This document shows, one piece after another, positions 11,790 to 24,378 of a DNA stretch of 64,000 nt (positions are counted from its first letter, which is position 1; the number at the start of each line of letters is the position of its first letter). The DNA is taken from the NCBI GenBank assembly GCA_951406725.2, contig OX597830.1:8370001-8434000 (forward strand), in the 5' to 3' direction. This DNA is from Octopus vulgaris (lineage: Eukaryota). A program made the position numbers and the translations under genes. The notes beneath the pieces are model-generated. The model did no database searches. It was not told the origin of the DNA and saw nothing but the letters and a program-made list of their open reading frames with translations.

Positions 11790-13444
11790 CACAAAAAGAG
11801 GTGGTGGCGACAGTGGTGGTGGTGGCGACAGTGGTGGTGGTGGCGACAGTGGTGGTGGTGGTGGCGACAGTGGTGGTGGTGGTGGTGGCGACAGTGGTGG
11901 TGGTGGTGGCGACAGTGGTGGTGGTGGATTAGGTGGAGGTGGTTGTGGTGAGAATAAATGGTGATGACAAAGTTGATAGTGGTGATGGTAGTCATGATGA
12001 TGGTAAGAGTGATGGTAGCGATGGTGATGGTGGTGGTGGTGGTGGTGGTGGTGGTGGTGGTGGTGGTGGTGGTGGTAAGGTGGCAAGCTGACAGAATCTT
12101 TAGCTCATTGGACAAAATGCTCAACGGCATTTCTTTTATCTTAACGTTCTGAGTTCAAATTTCGCTAAGGTCGACTTTGCTTTTCCTCTTTTCATTGTTA
12201 ATGAAATAAAATACCAATCAGACACTGAGGTCGGTGAAATCTAATTGACCCCCTCCCTCCTCTCAAAATTGCTGGCCTTGAGACAAAATAAGAATACTAG
12301 TAGTGGTCATGGTGGTAGTGGTGATGTTGGAGATGGTGATGGTGGTGATGGTAGAGGTAGTGGAGGTGATGATGGAGGTGGTGATAGTGATGGTGGTAGT
12401 GGTGGAGGTGATGATGGAGGTGATGATGGTATTTAACTCCAGGTTACCCCAATCAACCAAACCTATAATCAAAGTATTTCAACCATGTTTAATGGTTTTT
12501 AATTTTGTTGTTGTTGTTGTTGTTTCTTCCATGTGCAAATGTCTACAACAGCAAATGTCACCTTTCTTTGTTTTAACACAGGAGGGTGCGATTTCAGGGA
12601 GAACTGGCAGCTATTTCTAGCAGATAAAGATGATGATCATGATGATGATAGTGGTGTGGTGATAGAAACAACAGTGATGGTGATGGCAATGATGATGATG
12701 ATGATGATGATGGTAAAGACAGCAATGATAATGGTAGTGATAATGATGATGATGATGACAGCAGTGACAATGGGTGATGATTATGACGAGTGACGATGAC
12801 GAACGACAATGAGAACGATGACAGTGGTGGTGATGATGATGAGGAGGCCAATGAAGGCAGAGATGATGATGATGATGATGATGACAGTCGCCATAACAAC
12901 AAATGATGATGATGATGACATGATACGAAGGATATCATGTTGACAAATGACAATGATGATGACGATAGCCATCATGACAAATGATGATAGTGATGATGAT
13001 GATGGTGATGGTGATGGTGGTGATGATGGTGGTGATGGTGGTGGTGATGATGAAGGCGGTGGTGGTGGTGATGATGGTGGTGATGGTGGTGATGGTGGTG
13101 ATGATGGTGGTGGTGGTGGTGATGATGGTGGTGGTGGTGGTGGTGATGATGGTGGTGATGGTGGTGGTGATGGTGGTGGTGGTGGTGGTGGTGGTGGTGA
13201 TGAAGGCGGTGGTGGTGGTGGTGGGTGATGATGGTGATGGTGGTGGTGATGATGGTGGTGATGGTGGTGATGATGATGATGAAGGCGGTGGTGGTAGTGA
13301 TGAAGGTGGTGATGATGATGACAACAACAAATGGGGATGAGGACAACAACGGTCATAATGATGACAATGACGACAGCCATAATGATGATGATGATGATGA
13401 TGATGATGGTGTTGACGGTAATTACAATGACGATGGTGACTTCA

Positions 13445-13480
<36 letters not shown>
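11790..13480. repeat. Compound trinucleotide microsatellite field (GGT/GAT/GCA) with an old family-D-like SINE at ~12077-12290
   Basis: Direct inspection. Confidence 0.9.
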
Positions 13481-13775
13481 TTCATGCAGGTAATTGATAT
13501 TTGAAGAGATCAACACATGTGAGTTCTCAGAGTAAATTACAGAGAGTAATGAGATTTAGCAAACGAGCTGCATTGATGAAGATGCTGTAACAAAAGGGTG
13601 GGGGGGCGGGCAGATAATAATAATGGGGGAGGGATGGAGCGAAAGCCAAGGTGTGGCGAGGCTGTGGTGTGTGGGAGAGTGTGGAGGGGAGTAAGCTTGT
13701 GTGATGTGCATGCGTGTGTGTTTGATGTATTATATGGGTTTGTGTGAGTCGTGCGTGTTTGTGTGCATGTGAGTG

Positions 13776-13809
<34 letters not shown>

Positions 13810-14101
13810 CTTGTATGATTTGAGTGTATGTATGTGGTACTATAATGAGTATATGTCTAGCTTGAGTGTGTGTAAGAGTGATGTTGTGTGTGTGTGTGTG
13901 TGTGTACATAAATATATAATTTATATAAATAATTGTATGAGAAAGAGGTACTGTATGTTTAATGTGTGTACGTGTGTGTGTGAAAGAGATATGTGTATGA
14001 ATAGAATGACACTAATGATGAAATGGTGTAGGGGGAGTGAAAATAAAAATTTATTTTGAAAGTGAAAGTAGCCGTCAGAATATGTAGACTTTGGTCAAAT
14101 A

Positions 14102-14136
<35 letters not shown>

Positions 14137-14820
14137 ATCTATGCAATGGAGAGGAAGAGAGTGTCATACATATATATACACACACACAGAAAGAAAGAAA
14201 AAGAGCAGAGGAAACATGAAGAGAGAGAGAGAGTGAGGAGGAGATGGAGTAAGAGAGAAAGAAAGACAGAGTGTGTTTGTCATTTAATGCCCATCATCAG
14301 ATGGAGTTTTCTCAGGAAGATTTTCTATGGCCAGATACCCTTCCAGCTGCCAATTCTCATGTTTCCAAGCAAGGTGATATATCCCCTTAGCCAGACACAA
14401 TTTCCATGGAAAGACTAGAAACAAACATCTCTTGTACGATGATAATGATGATGATGATGATTGTTTACGACAATCACATGATGTTAAGACAAGGATACAC
14501 ACACACAAATATATGAAGAGAGAGAGACAAAGAAAACTGAAGACTGAGAGAGAGAAGCAAATATACAGAGAGATCTACAGATACTGATAAACAGAAATAG
14601 AAAGATGCAGAGTGAGTAAAGAAACAGAGAGAGAAAGACAATGAGAGTGAGATGAAGAGAGAGAGGAGGAGAGAGAGATACCAAGAGACAGACACAGACA
14701 GTGGAGAAGAGGGAGAGAGAGAGAGACCAAGAGACAGACGGAGACAGTGGAGAAGAGAGAGAGAAGGAGGTCAGAGACAGAGACATATGAGCAAAGATAG
14801 AAAGACATAAAGAGACTGAG

Positions 14821-15150
14821 GGAGAGAGAGATGGAAGAAGAGAGAGATGGTGGAGGAGAGAGAGATGGAAGAAGAGAGAGATGGTGGAGGAGAGAGAGAT
14901 GGAGGAGGAGAGAGAGATGGTGGAGGAGAGATGGAAGAAGAGAGAGATGGTGGAGGAGAGAGAGATGGAAGAAGAGAGAGATGGTGGAGGAGAGAGAGAT
15001 GGAAGAAGAGAGAGATGGTGGAGGAGAGAGAGATGGAAGAAGAGAGAGATGGTGGAGGAGAGAGAGATGGAAGAAGAGAGAGATGGTGGAGGAGAGAGAG
15101 ATGGAAGAAGAGAGAGATGGTGGAGGAAAGAGAGATGGAGGAGAGAGAGA
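14821..15150. repeat. ~34-bp purine minisatellite (gagagagatggaagaagagagagatggtggagga)n
   Basis: About 9 near-identical units within a GA-rich tract (14100-15150). Confidence 0.9.
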
Positions 15151-15754
15151 GAAACAGTTAAGGTTAATTAGTGCCAGAGATGAAAGACAATAAAGAACAA
15201 AAAATAAAATAGATTACAATAAGACGAAGGATTAATCTGATAAAAAGAAACCTGTCACTACATAATGTTGACATCATACGGTGTATAATAGGGTTTCTGA
15301 TTGAGGCACAAGACCAGCAGTTTTTAAGGGGCTGGGTGTTAGCTGATAGTCTTGAGCCCAGTGCTACACTGGTTGGTACTTATTTTATCGCCCCCAGAAT
15401 GTTAAAAGGCGAAAATGATCACGGTGAGATTTGAACTCAGAACGCGAAGAGTCAGATAAAATGCTATGAAGCATTTTTTTTTCTGATACTTTAACAATTC
15501 TGCCAGCTTATCGCTTTTAATATTAATAATAATCCTTTCTACTAAAGGCACAAGGCCTGAAATTTGAGGCGGGGGGAGACTAGTTGATTACATCGACCCC
15601 AGTATTCAACTGGTACTTATTGATCAATCTTGAAAGGATGAACAGCAAAGCTGACCTCAGCAGACTTTGAACTCAGAATGTAATGACAAACGAAATGTAG
15701 CTAAACATTTTGTCCGACATGCTAACGACTCTGCCAGCTTACTTCCTTTTTAAT

Positions 15755-15877
15755 CAACCCCCAAACTTATTCTTTGTAAGCCTGGTACTTATTCTATCGG
15801 TCTCTTTCGCCAAACCACTAAGTCACAGGCACATAAACACACCAGCATCAGTTGTCAAGCGATGGTGGCGGGGACAA

Positions 15878-15916
<39 letters not shown>

Positions 15917-16080
15917 CGACAGACTTCTTTCAGTTTCCGTCTACCAAATACACTCACAAGGCTTTGGTAAGCCCATGGCTATATTAGAAGACACTTGCCC
16001 AAGGTGCCACGCAGTGGGACTGAACCGGGGACGATGTTGTTGGGAAGCAAACTTCTTACCACACAGCCACTCCTGCACCT
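15755..16080 (-). mobile_element. SINE family A (3'-truncated) among several old family-D-like copies (15300-16420)
   Basis: Matches the reverse complement of 11016-11350. Confidence 0.85.
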
Positions 16081-16694
16081 GACATTTTATTTTATCAACT
16101 TCCAGAAGGAGGGAAGCAAAGCCAATTTCAGTGGGATTTGAACTCAGAACATAAAAAAAAAACCAGCTGAAATGCCAAGAGGCATTTTCTACCAATGCTC
16201 AAACAATCCTGGCAGCTCATTATCTTTAATGGCTTCTAATTTAGTCACAAGGCCAGTAATATTGAGGGGAGAAGCTTAGTCTACACCATCAATCCCCAGT
16301 ACATGACTGGTACTTTATCTTATCAGCCCTGAAAGGATAAGAGATAAAGTAAACCTCAGCAGGATTTGAACTCAGAATGTCAAGCACATGAACAAATGCT
16401 GCAAGGCATTTTGCCTGCCACGAATGATTCCGTACCATTTCCGCCGATGAAATTCCTCTCATTTGTCATAGGCTGACCTGTGACTATAGTAGAAGACACT
16501 TGCCCAAAATACCATGCAGTGGAATTGAACCTGGAATCACACAGCTGCCCCAAAGCTTCTTAACCACATGAATATGCTTGCGTCTATCTATCTATCTGTG
16601 TATATATCTGTATGTATGTATATATGTATATACACACACAAACATTTATTACCCTTGTGAATGGATTTAGTAGATGGAAACTGAAAGTAGCCCA

Positions 16695-16732
<38 letters not shown>

Positions 16733-16925
16733 ATTTGTTCCCTCATCTCCACTTGACAAGCAATGTTGGTGGTGTTGACATTCCCGTAACATAGTGGTTC
16801 AACAAAAGAGACTGATAAAATAAGTACTAGGCTTAAAAAATAAGTCTTGGAGTTGATTTGTTCAACTAAAATCCTTCAAGGTGATGCTCCAGCATGGCTG
16901 CAGTCAAGTGACAAACAATAAAAGG

Positions 16926-16959
<34 letters not shown>

Positions 16960-17828
16960 TGATATTGATGTTTGAGTAGAGGTGTCAGGGTTTCTTTTTT
17001 TTTGGTTTTGTGGTTCTTTTTTGATAAACAAAGCAAGAATTTGATTGATGTAGAAGTAGTTGATGCCATATCATCAAGTCAGGGAACCATATAATAAGTT
17101 TCTTTGATGAATTACCATATTCTGTGTGTTCCATGTAACCAACAGACCAGCCAGCCGACCGACCGACCGACCGACCAACTGCCTGTATCAAAGCCTGCCG
17201 AATGCTAAGACACCAGATTGGGGAAAAGTCAAGCAGATAATGCTGGCGTTTCATGTTTGACATATATTTATATACCATGTTTACAAGAGATAAATATTTC
17301 TAACAACAGCAACAACAAGAATATCAGTCACAATAACAATGATTTTTTTAACAGACAAAAATAATCGCAATCGATAATTTAGTATGGTCATTGCTGTTGT
17401 TGTTGTTGTTGTTATCATTGTTATATAATGCCAGGTCGATCTTGGTAGTATATACAGATCATATCTTCAAAGATTTTCCTTCCGCCTACCACAAATTACC
17501 CCCCTACAGCCCTTCACTCTACCAACTGACCTACTGCAAAAGACAAGGTGCTTGCAAGGCCTAGAGCAGCTTTGCACGCACGTACAAATTCTTTTTTTTT
17601 TACCCGTGTGCCATTTTTAGCATCCAAACTCATTTACATTTTATTTTATGTGAACCTTTGTACCATCCAGATGAAGGATTCCAAATTCTTACAAATGTCA
17701 AAATCATAATGATTCTACACAGAAAATTGGCTAATGAAATGGGTTTCTCTATGTCTGTTTTTTTTTTTCTTCTGTCAGTTAGTCATACATGTTCTTCAGC
17801 ATTATTTTGAATTATATATATATATAGA

Positions 17829-18092
17829 CAGGAAGACATGGGATGAGGTGGTCAAGCATGACCTTCGAACGTTGGGCCTCACAGAGGCAATGACAAAAGA
17901 CCGAGACCTCTGGAGATACGCTGTGACTGCAAAGACCCGACAGATTCACATAGAAGCCCCAGCCCATCCAAAGTACCTTGGATTGCAGGACAGCCTGTTG
18001 TGTTTACCTTGGATCGTTGGGCAACCTGCTGTGCTTGAGGAGACCTATTGAGTCAAGTACATCAAAATAAAAATCAAATGGAAATTGTAGTT
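17829..18092 (+). mobile_element. RTE LINE fragment (ORF C-terminus and start of 3' UTR)
   Basis: Encodes RKTWDEVVKHDLRTLGLTEAMTKDRDLWRYAVTAKTRQ, matching the end of the 8943 ORF. Confidence 0.9.
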
Positions 18093-18094
18093 GC

Positions 18095-18916
<822 letters not shown>

Positions 18917-20091
18917 CATACATGAGTATATTTGTGCATGTTTGTGTGTCTACATGTGTGTTTACATCAGTGATCGCTCGTACAGTGTGGCAGAAAGTGC
19001 TGTTGTCCGTTTCTTCTCTCAACAAATCATCCGGTCACTTTGTGACTTTGAGGCCGTAAGGAATAAGCAATCCCTTATTTCTAAAATAGGTAAGAGTGTC
19101 AGGAAGAGGATCCAGTGTAAAACAATACTTCAAACAACATATATTCATCTGACCCAAGTAAGCATCGAAAAATAGAAGTAAAACAAATAATCTTTCCAGT
19201 CATGACCACCCTCTATTACTTTTAAGGTTTTTCTTTTTGTTTACAGACATAATATATGCTTCACTATACAAACCAATGTCCTTCATAAATACAATATGGC
19301 AAAGACAGATTGAGGAAAATTTAGTCATTATTCCTAGCAGGTTAAACAGCCACATAGCAACTCCCTTATTGGCTTGTGACGGTCTAGTAGTTAGGCTATT
19401 TCGCTCATGATCATAAGGTTATGGGTTCAATTCCTAGACTGCACAGAGTGCTGTCTCCTTGAGCACAGTTTCATTTCATGTTGTTTCAGTCTACTCAGCC
19501 ATAAACAAGTTCCAACCCAGTGCTGGTGCAGCTCCTTCTTCCCCCAGCTGTAATCTTGGATGTGCTGCCTGGTCAAATAGTGAGAGAGTGTCAAGAGAAT
19601 GTATTTGTCTGCTTGTGATTACACAGGCACCTATAACAACTAGTGACAGCATGGTACAGATTACTATGGTAACGCCAACCCCTGCCTGCAAGTCTGCGCA
19701 TGCCTCAAAACCAGGCTATGTCTGCTCTGGTAGTCGGCAGTGACTTGGTCAGCAAATCCTCAGCGACGGTCAATAATCAAGAGTAAAATGAGCAGCTACA
19801 GACCACACTATCCTGAAGTGTGTGTTTATGTGACCGGAAACCACATGTGAACATGTATTCCCACTGAAACCCAAAACATGAACTCTACCTCTCATCAATG
19901 AATGACGATTATGGTGATGGCGTCAGCACAATCAGGGCCCCCACATCTATGGTCTTTGGCAGTGGAACTGACTGCAGGTATCCATTATACATTACAGTCT
20001 CGTCTATGGCCCACCGTTGGATGTGATCAGCATTTGTGAAGGATGTGGTGAATTCATTGGTCGGAACCAGCTCAACCCATCCCAGGTGAAT

Positions 20092-20350
20092 ATGGAGGCA
20101 TGTGACTTAGTGGTTAGGGATGTTGGACTCATGATCATAAGATTGTAGTTTCAATTCTTGGACCAGGCGACGCGTTGTGTTCTTGAGCAAAACACTTTAT
20201 TCCATGTTGCTCCAGTCCACTCAGCAGGCAAAAGTGAGTTAACCCTACGGGAGACTAGCATCCCATCTGGGTAGGGAATATATACGCCATTGAAACCTTG
20301 AAACCAGCCCTTGAGTCAGCAAGACTAAAGAAGGTACCTTGCCCCTTTAC
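20092..20350 (+). mobile_element. SINE family C variant with 11-bp TSD
   Basis: TSD cccaggtgaat at 20081-20091 and 20351-20361. Confidence 0.85.
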
Positions 20351-20751
20351 CCCAGGTGAATTTTGCTGCATGTACAAGTAAGCACAAGTACCAGTTACCA
20401 CGCCACATTCGCTCATGAGTGACACCTAGCTATACAATACAAATAACGGTCAGTTGACATAATCTGCCAACCAGCTTAACAAACCACCCAGTCCTTAAGC
20501 ATCTTCACAAGGTGCTTTCCACTATGTTCCAAAAATTCAGACTTGGTTTCCAATGACATCAACCAGGAATCATAGTTTCTTCCAGCCTTGCCCTTCCAAC
20601 CTGTCTTAAAGTCCCAGCAAGATGTCACAGATATAGGCACTTTTTCCTTTGTCCATTGCTGATCCATCTAATCCAGAGATTCCTAAAATGAATTCCAAGA
20701 AAATCCCTGAGTTCCACTAAAAATATTCTGGGGTTTCACAAGATATGGTGT

Positions 20752-20987
20752 CATCATCATCATCCTTTAACATCCGCTTTCGATGCTGGCATGCGTTGGA
20801 CAGTTTGACTGAGGACTGGCAAACCAGGAGGCTGAGCCAGGCTCCAATCTGATCTGGCATGGTTTCTACAGCTGGATGTCCTTCCTAACGCCAACCATTC
20901 TGAAAGTGTAGTGGGTGCTTTTTACATGCCACCAGCACAAGGGCCAGTCAGACAGTACTGGCATCAACCACGCTCAAATGGTGCTCT
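20752..20987 (-). mobile_element. RTE LINE 3'-UTR fragment
   Basis: (cat)n, conserved terminal segment, one module. Confidence 0.85.
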
Positions 20988-21302
20988 GAATAAAATTTAA
21001 TATACCTAACTATTTTATACAAAAATGATTCAGCCAATTGTTTTGTTTGTTTCTTTTTACATCCATTTCTTTCCCATGCTAGCATGGGTTAGATGGATAC
21101 ATGATTGAGATACCGCTTAACAACCAAATGCCCTTCCTGTTGCTAACCCTTACCTGTTTTTCAAGTAAGGGATTATTTTTCATCCACTCATCTTCAAAAG
21201 TGCAAATATACCAAATGATTTGTTGACAAGGAATGTCAATAAATTTCACAGTCTGTGGGTTGATGCTACAACTTTTTCTCACATAGTGACAACAGAGCAG
21301 TT

Positions 21303-21676
21303 CATTATTTACATTATTTACATTTGACGGATATTTGTCCTCATCTTGTTTGTTGTTAACACGTTTCAGCTGATATACCCTCCAGCCTTCATCAGGTGTC
21401 TTGGAGAAATTTCAAACCTGGGTTCTCATTCCTAAGGTATTTTTCTATGTAATTATTATTATTATATTCAATTCCAAGCAGTGACCTGAATAATAATAAT
21501 AACATCGATAAATACCTTAGGAATGAGAACCCAGGTTCGAAATTTCCCCAAAACACCTGATGAAGGCTGGAAGATATATCAGCAGAAAAGTTGTGTTAAC
21601 AACAAACAAGATGAGGACAAATATCCATCAAACGTAAATAATGTACATAATTCTTCATCTCTTAAATACAGAACTG
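21303..21676 (+). mobile_element. Penelope-like inverted-repeat insertion with two hammerhead motifs (copy 1)
   Basis: Inverted arms ~21303-21470 and 21471-21643, 33-nt unpaired 3' tail, TSD aacagagcagtt (21291-21302, 21677-21688). Confidence 0.85.
21552..21597 (+). ncRNA. Minimal type I hammerhead ribozyme motif (mutated); mirror copy on the minus strand at 21358-21400
   Basis: aacac CTGATGA a ggctg-loop-cagca GAAA a gtt gtgtt; consensus of four arms GACAC CTGATGA A GGCTG..CAGCC GAAAC GTT GTGTT. Confidence 0.7.
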
Positions 21677-22149
21677 AACAGAGCAGTTGATTATACTGAC
21701 CCTGGTGCATGACTGGTACTTATATCTTTTTGGTTTTTTTTTCTCTTGAAAGAGGAGAAGCAATGTCAACTGCAGTGAGGTTTGAACTCAGAATGTAAGA
21801 GGGTTCTAATGTGATATCAGCTGCATTGGCGATGATGATGATGATGATGATGATGATGGTGATGGTGATGATGATGGTGATGATGATAACAAAATGTTGT
21901 AACATAATATAAAGGGAATAATTTTAACATTGTCACACAGACACTGATTTGCAGGGCAGGGAGGGTGTAGCCAGCACCACACACACACACACAAAACAAG
22001 AAAATCTACAGAGTAACCAGATTAAAATGTATTGATTTTTCAGTATGAATAGTTTGGGGATTAATGGAGCATAAAGACTGGGGGGAGGGGAATGGGAGAA
22101 CAGTACAAGAGGGTAGTAAAGTGGGGGAAGGGGGTTAGAGGTTTAATAT

Positions 22150-22380
22150 ATGTGTGTGTTTGTGTATGTGTGTGTATGTATATATATATATATATATATA
22201 CATATGTATAAATGTATATATACTATATACGTATGTATGTGTATATATATGTATATATACATATACATATATATATATATATATATACATATGCATATAT
22301 ATATATGTGTGTGTGTGTGTATATATATATGCATATATATGTGTGTGTGTATATATATATATATATGTATATATATATGC

Positions 22381-22432
<52 letters not shown>

Positions 22433-22470
22433 TCGTGTGTGTGTGTATCTATATTTATATATGTGTGTGC

Positions 22471-22509
<39 letters not shown>

Positions 22510-22533
22510 ACACACAGATACACATGTACAAGC

Positions 22534-22567
<34 letters not shown>
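22150..22567. repeat. (TA)n/(TG)n/(CA)n compound microsatellite
   Basis: Direct inspection; similar fields at 50400-51230, 52780-53480 and 59830-60195. Confidence 0.95.
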
Positions 22568-22568
<1 letters not shown>

Positions 22569-22856
22569 GGCTATCTATACTGACTGACAGATAAACATTA
22601 TATTTGTCTTGTGGTAAAAATACAGAGATTAGAGCAGAATTCTTCAGTCAAATGGAACTTGGTTTCCGATTCCTGTGTTACTGGAAGTTGAAGAGAGACA
22701 CTGCTACAGATTATCTCCATGTCCAGCTAATTACATCACATAGCATACACTATTAATAAGCTAATAAGGACAAAACTAACACTGAAACGGTTTGGCTCTT
22801 TCGTAAGAGGACCACCAAAAATAAGCAGATCATTCTTGGCATTATGTCAGGAGTTC

Positions 22857-23092
22857 TTATTTCTTTATTGCCCACAAGGGGCTAAACACAGAGAGGACAA
22901 ACAAGGACAGACAAAGGGATTAAGTCGATTACATTGACACCCAGTGCGTAACTGGTACTTAATTTAATAGACCCTGAAAGGATGAAAGGCAAAGTCAACC
23001 TCATAGGAATTTGAACTCAGAACGTAACGGCAGACGAAATTCCACTAAGCATTTCGCTCAGCGTGCTAACATTTCTGTCAGCTTGCCGCCTT
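22857..23092 (-). mobile_element. SINE family D with ~15-bp TSD
   Basis: TSD gtcaggagttcttat at 22846-22860 and 23094-23108; reverse complement of the 45411 copy. Confidence 0.9.
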
Positions 23093-23352
23093 AGTCAGGA
23101 GTTCTTATGTAGTTCTTTGATTCCAGACCATGAGGTAGGCTGCCCAACATATAGATCTCTCAGATCTATGGAAGCACAAGTATAAAAACTCACAGCACCA
23201 ATGGTCAGAGTAACTAATCAAAGAGGACAGATTTGAGGTTGGTCAAGCTGGCACAAGCGAGAGAGAGAGAGAGAGAGAGAGTGAGGGTCCTAACAATTCT
23301 GAGCAACTAAGAGAATTGCTTCCATATCTGATTATCAACCTTTATATATATA

Positions 23353-23592
23353 CAGGGTTGGTCAAAAGTCACCCAACAGTAAATCAAAATTCCATAAATA
23401 CTTAATATTCAATTTTATTTATTCATTCCAATTATGAACGCTTTAATAATTGAATGCTGTGAGTTAAAATCACCAGTTTTTTTTTTATTTTACATTTGTC
23501 TATTTATTAGCAAAGTCTCATATAAAATTACTTTTTGTTTTAATCTTGGAATTAAATAGTTTTGATTTACTGTCAGGTGGATTTTGGCCAAA

Positions 23593-23598
<6 letters not shown>
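23353..23598. mobile_element. Tc1/mariner-type MITE
   Basis: TA-flanked imperfect TIRs cagggttggtcaaaagtcacc..cagtaaatcaaaa / ttttgatttactg..ggtggattttggccaa. Confidence 0.6.
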
Positions 23599-23638
<40 letters not shown>

Positions 23639-23685
23639 TACAGGAAAATCAGATTTAGGATTGAATCAATTTATAGTAAAATATT

Positions 23686-23946
23686 ATATTATATAAATTA
23701 GAGACAAAACCACATTATGAAAAACAAAAAAGCTTAACAATACATAAATTAATTAATATAATTTAGAAATTTAACAATATTAAATCCACTACGATTGTTT
23801 CATGTCTCTTTCATCACATCTTTGAGTAGAAGACATGAAACGATCGTAGGATATTAATATTGTTAAATTTCTAAATTATATAAATTAATTCATGTATTGG
23901 ATTAACTCTTTCTTTGTCGATTTGCATAATATGGTTTTTCTCTAAT

Positions 23947-23957
<11 letters not shown>
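23686..23957. repeat. AT-rich foldback inverted repeat (~125-bp arms) with hammerhead-like half motif
   Basis: Arms pair around ~23808-23830; GAAACGATCGTA at 23837-23848. Confidence 0.8.
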
Positions 23958-23977
<20 letters not shown>

Positions 23978-23979
23978 CA

Positions 23980-24378
23980 GGCGCAGGAGTGGCTGTGTGG
24001 TAAGTAGCTTGCTTACCAGCCACATGGTTCCGGGTTCAGTCCCACAGCGTGGCACCTTGGGCAAGTGTCTTCTATTATAGCCTCGGGCTGACCAAAGCCT
24101 TGTGAGTGGATTTGGTAGACGGAAACTGAAAGAAGCCTGTCGTATATATGTATATACATATGTGTGTGCGTGTATGTTTGTGTGTCTGTGTTTGTCCCCC
24201 TAGCATTGCTTGACAACCGATGCTGGTGTGTTTACGTCCCCGTCACTTAGCGGTTCAGCAAAAGAGACCGATAGAATAAGTACTGGGCTTACAAAGAATA
24301 AGTCCCGGGGTCGAGTTGCTCGACTAAAGGCGGTGCTCCAGCATGGCCGCAGTCAACTGACTGAAACAAGCAAAGGAG
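23980..24378 (+). mobile_element. SINE family A (full length, young)
   Basis: Nearly identical to 11016-11420. Confidence 0.92.

Noticed and set aside
11690-13497. Poly-His/Pro/Gly/Val ORFs (also the YI/CV/HT ORFs throughout)
   Set aside because: Translations of tri- and dinucleotide microsatellites; no splice or domain evidence.
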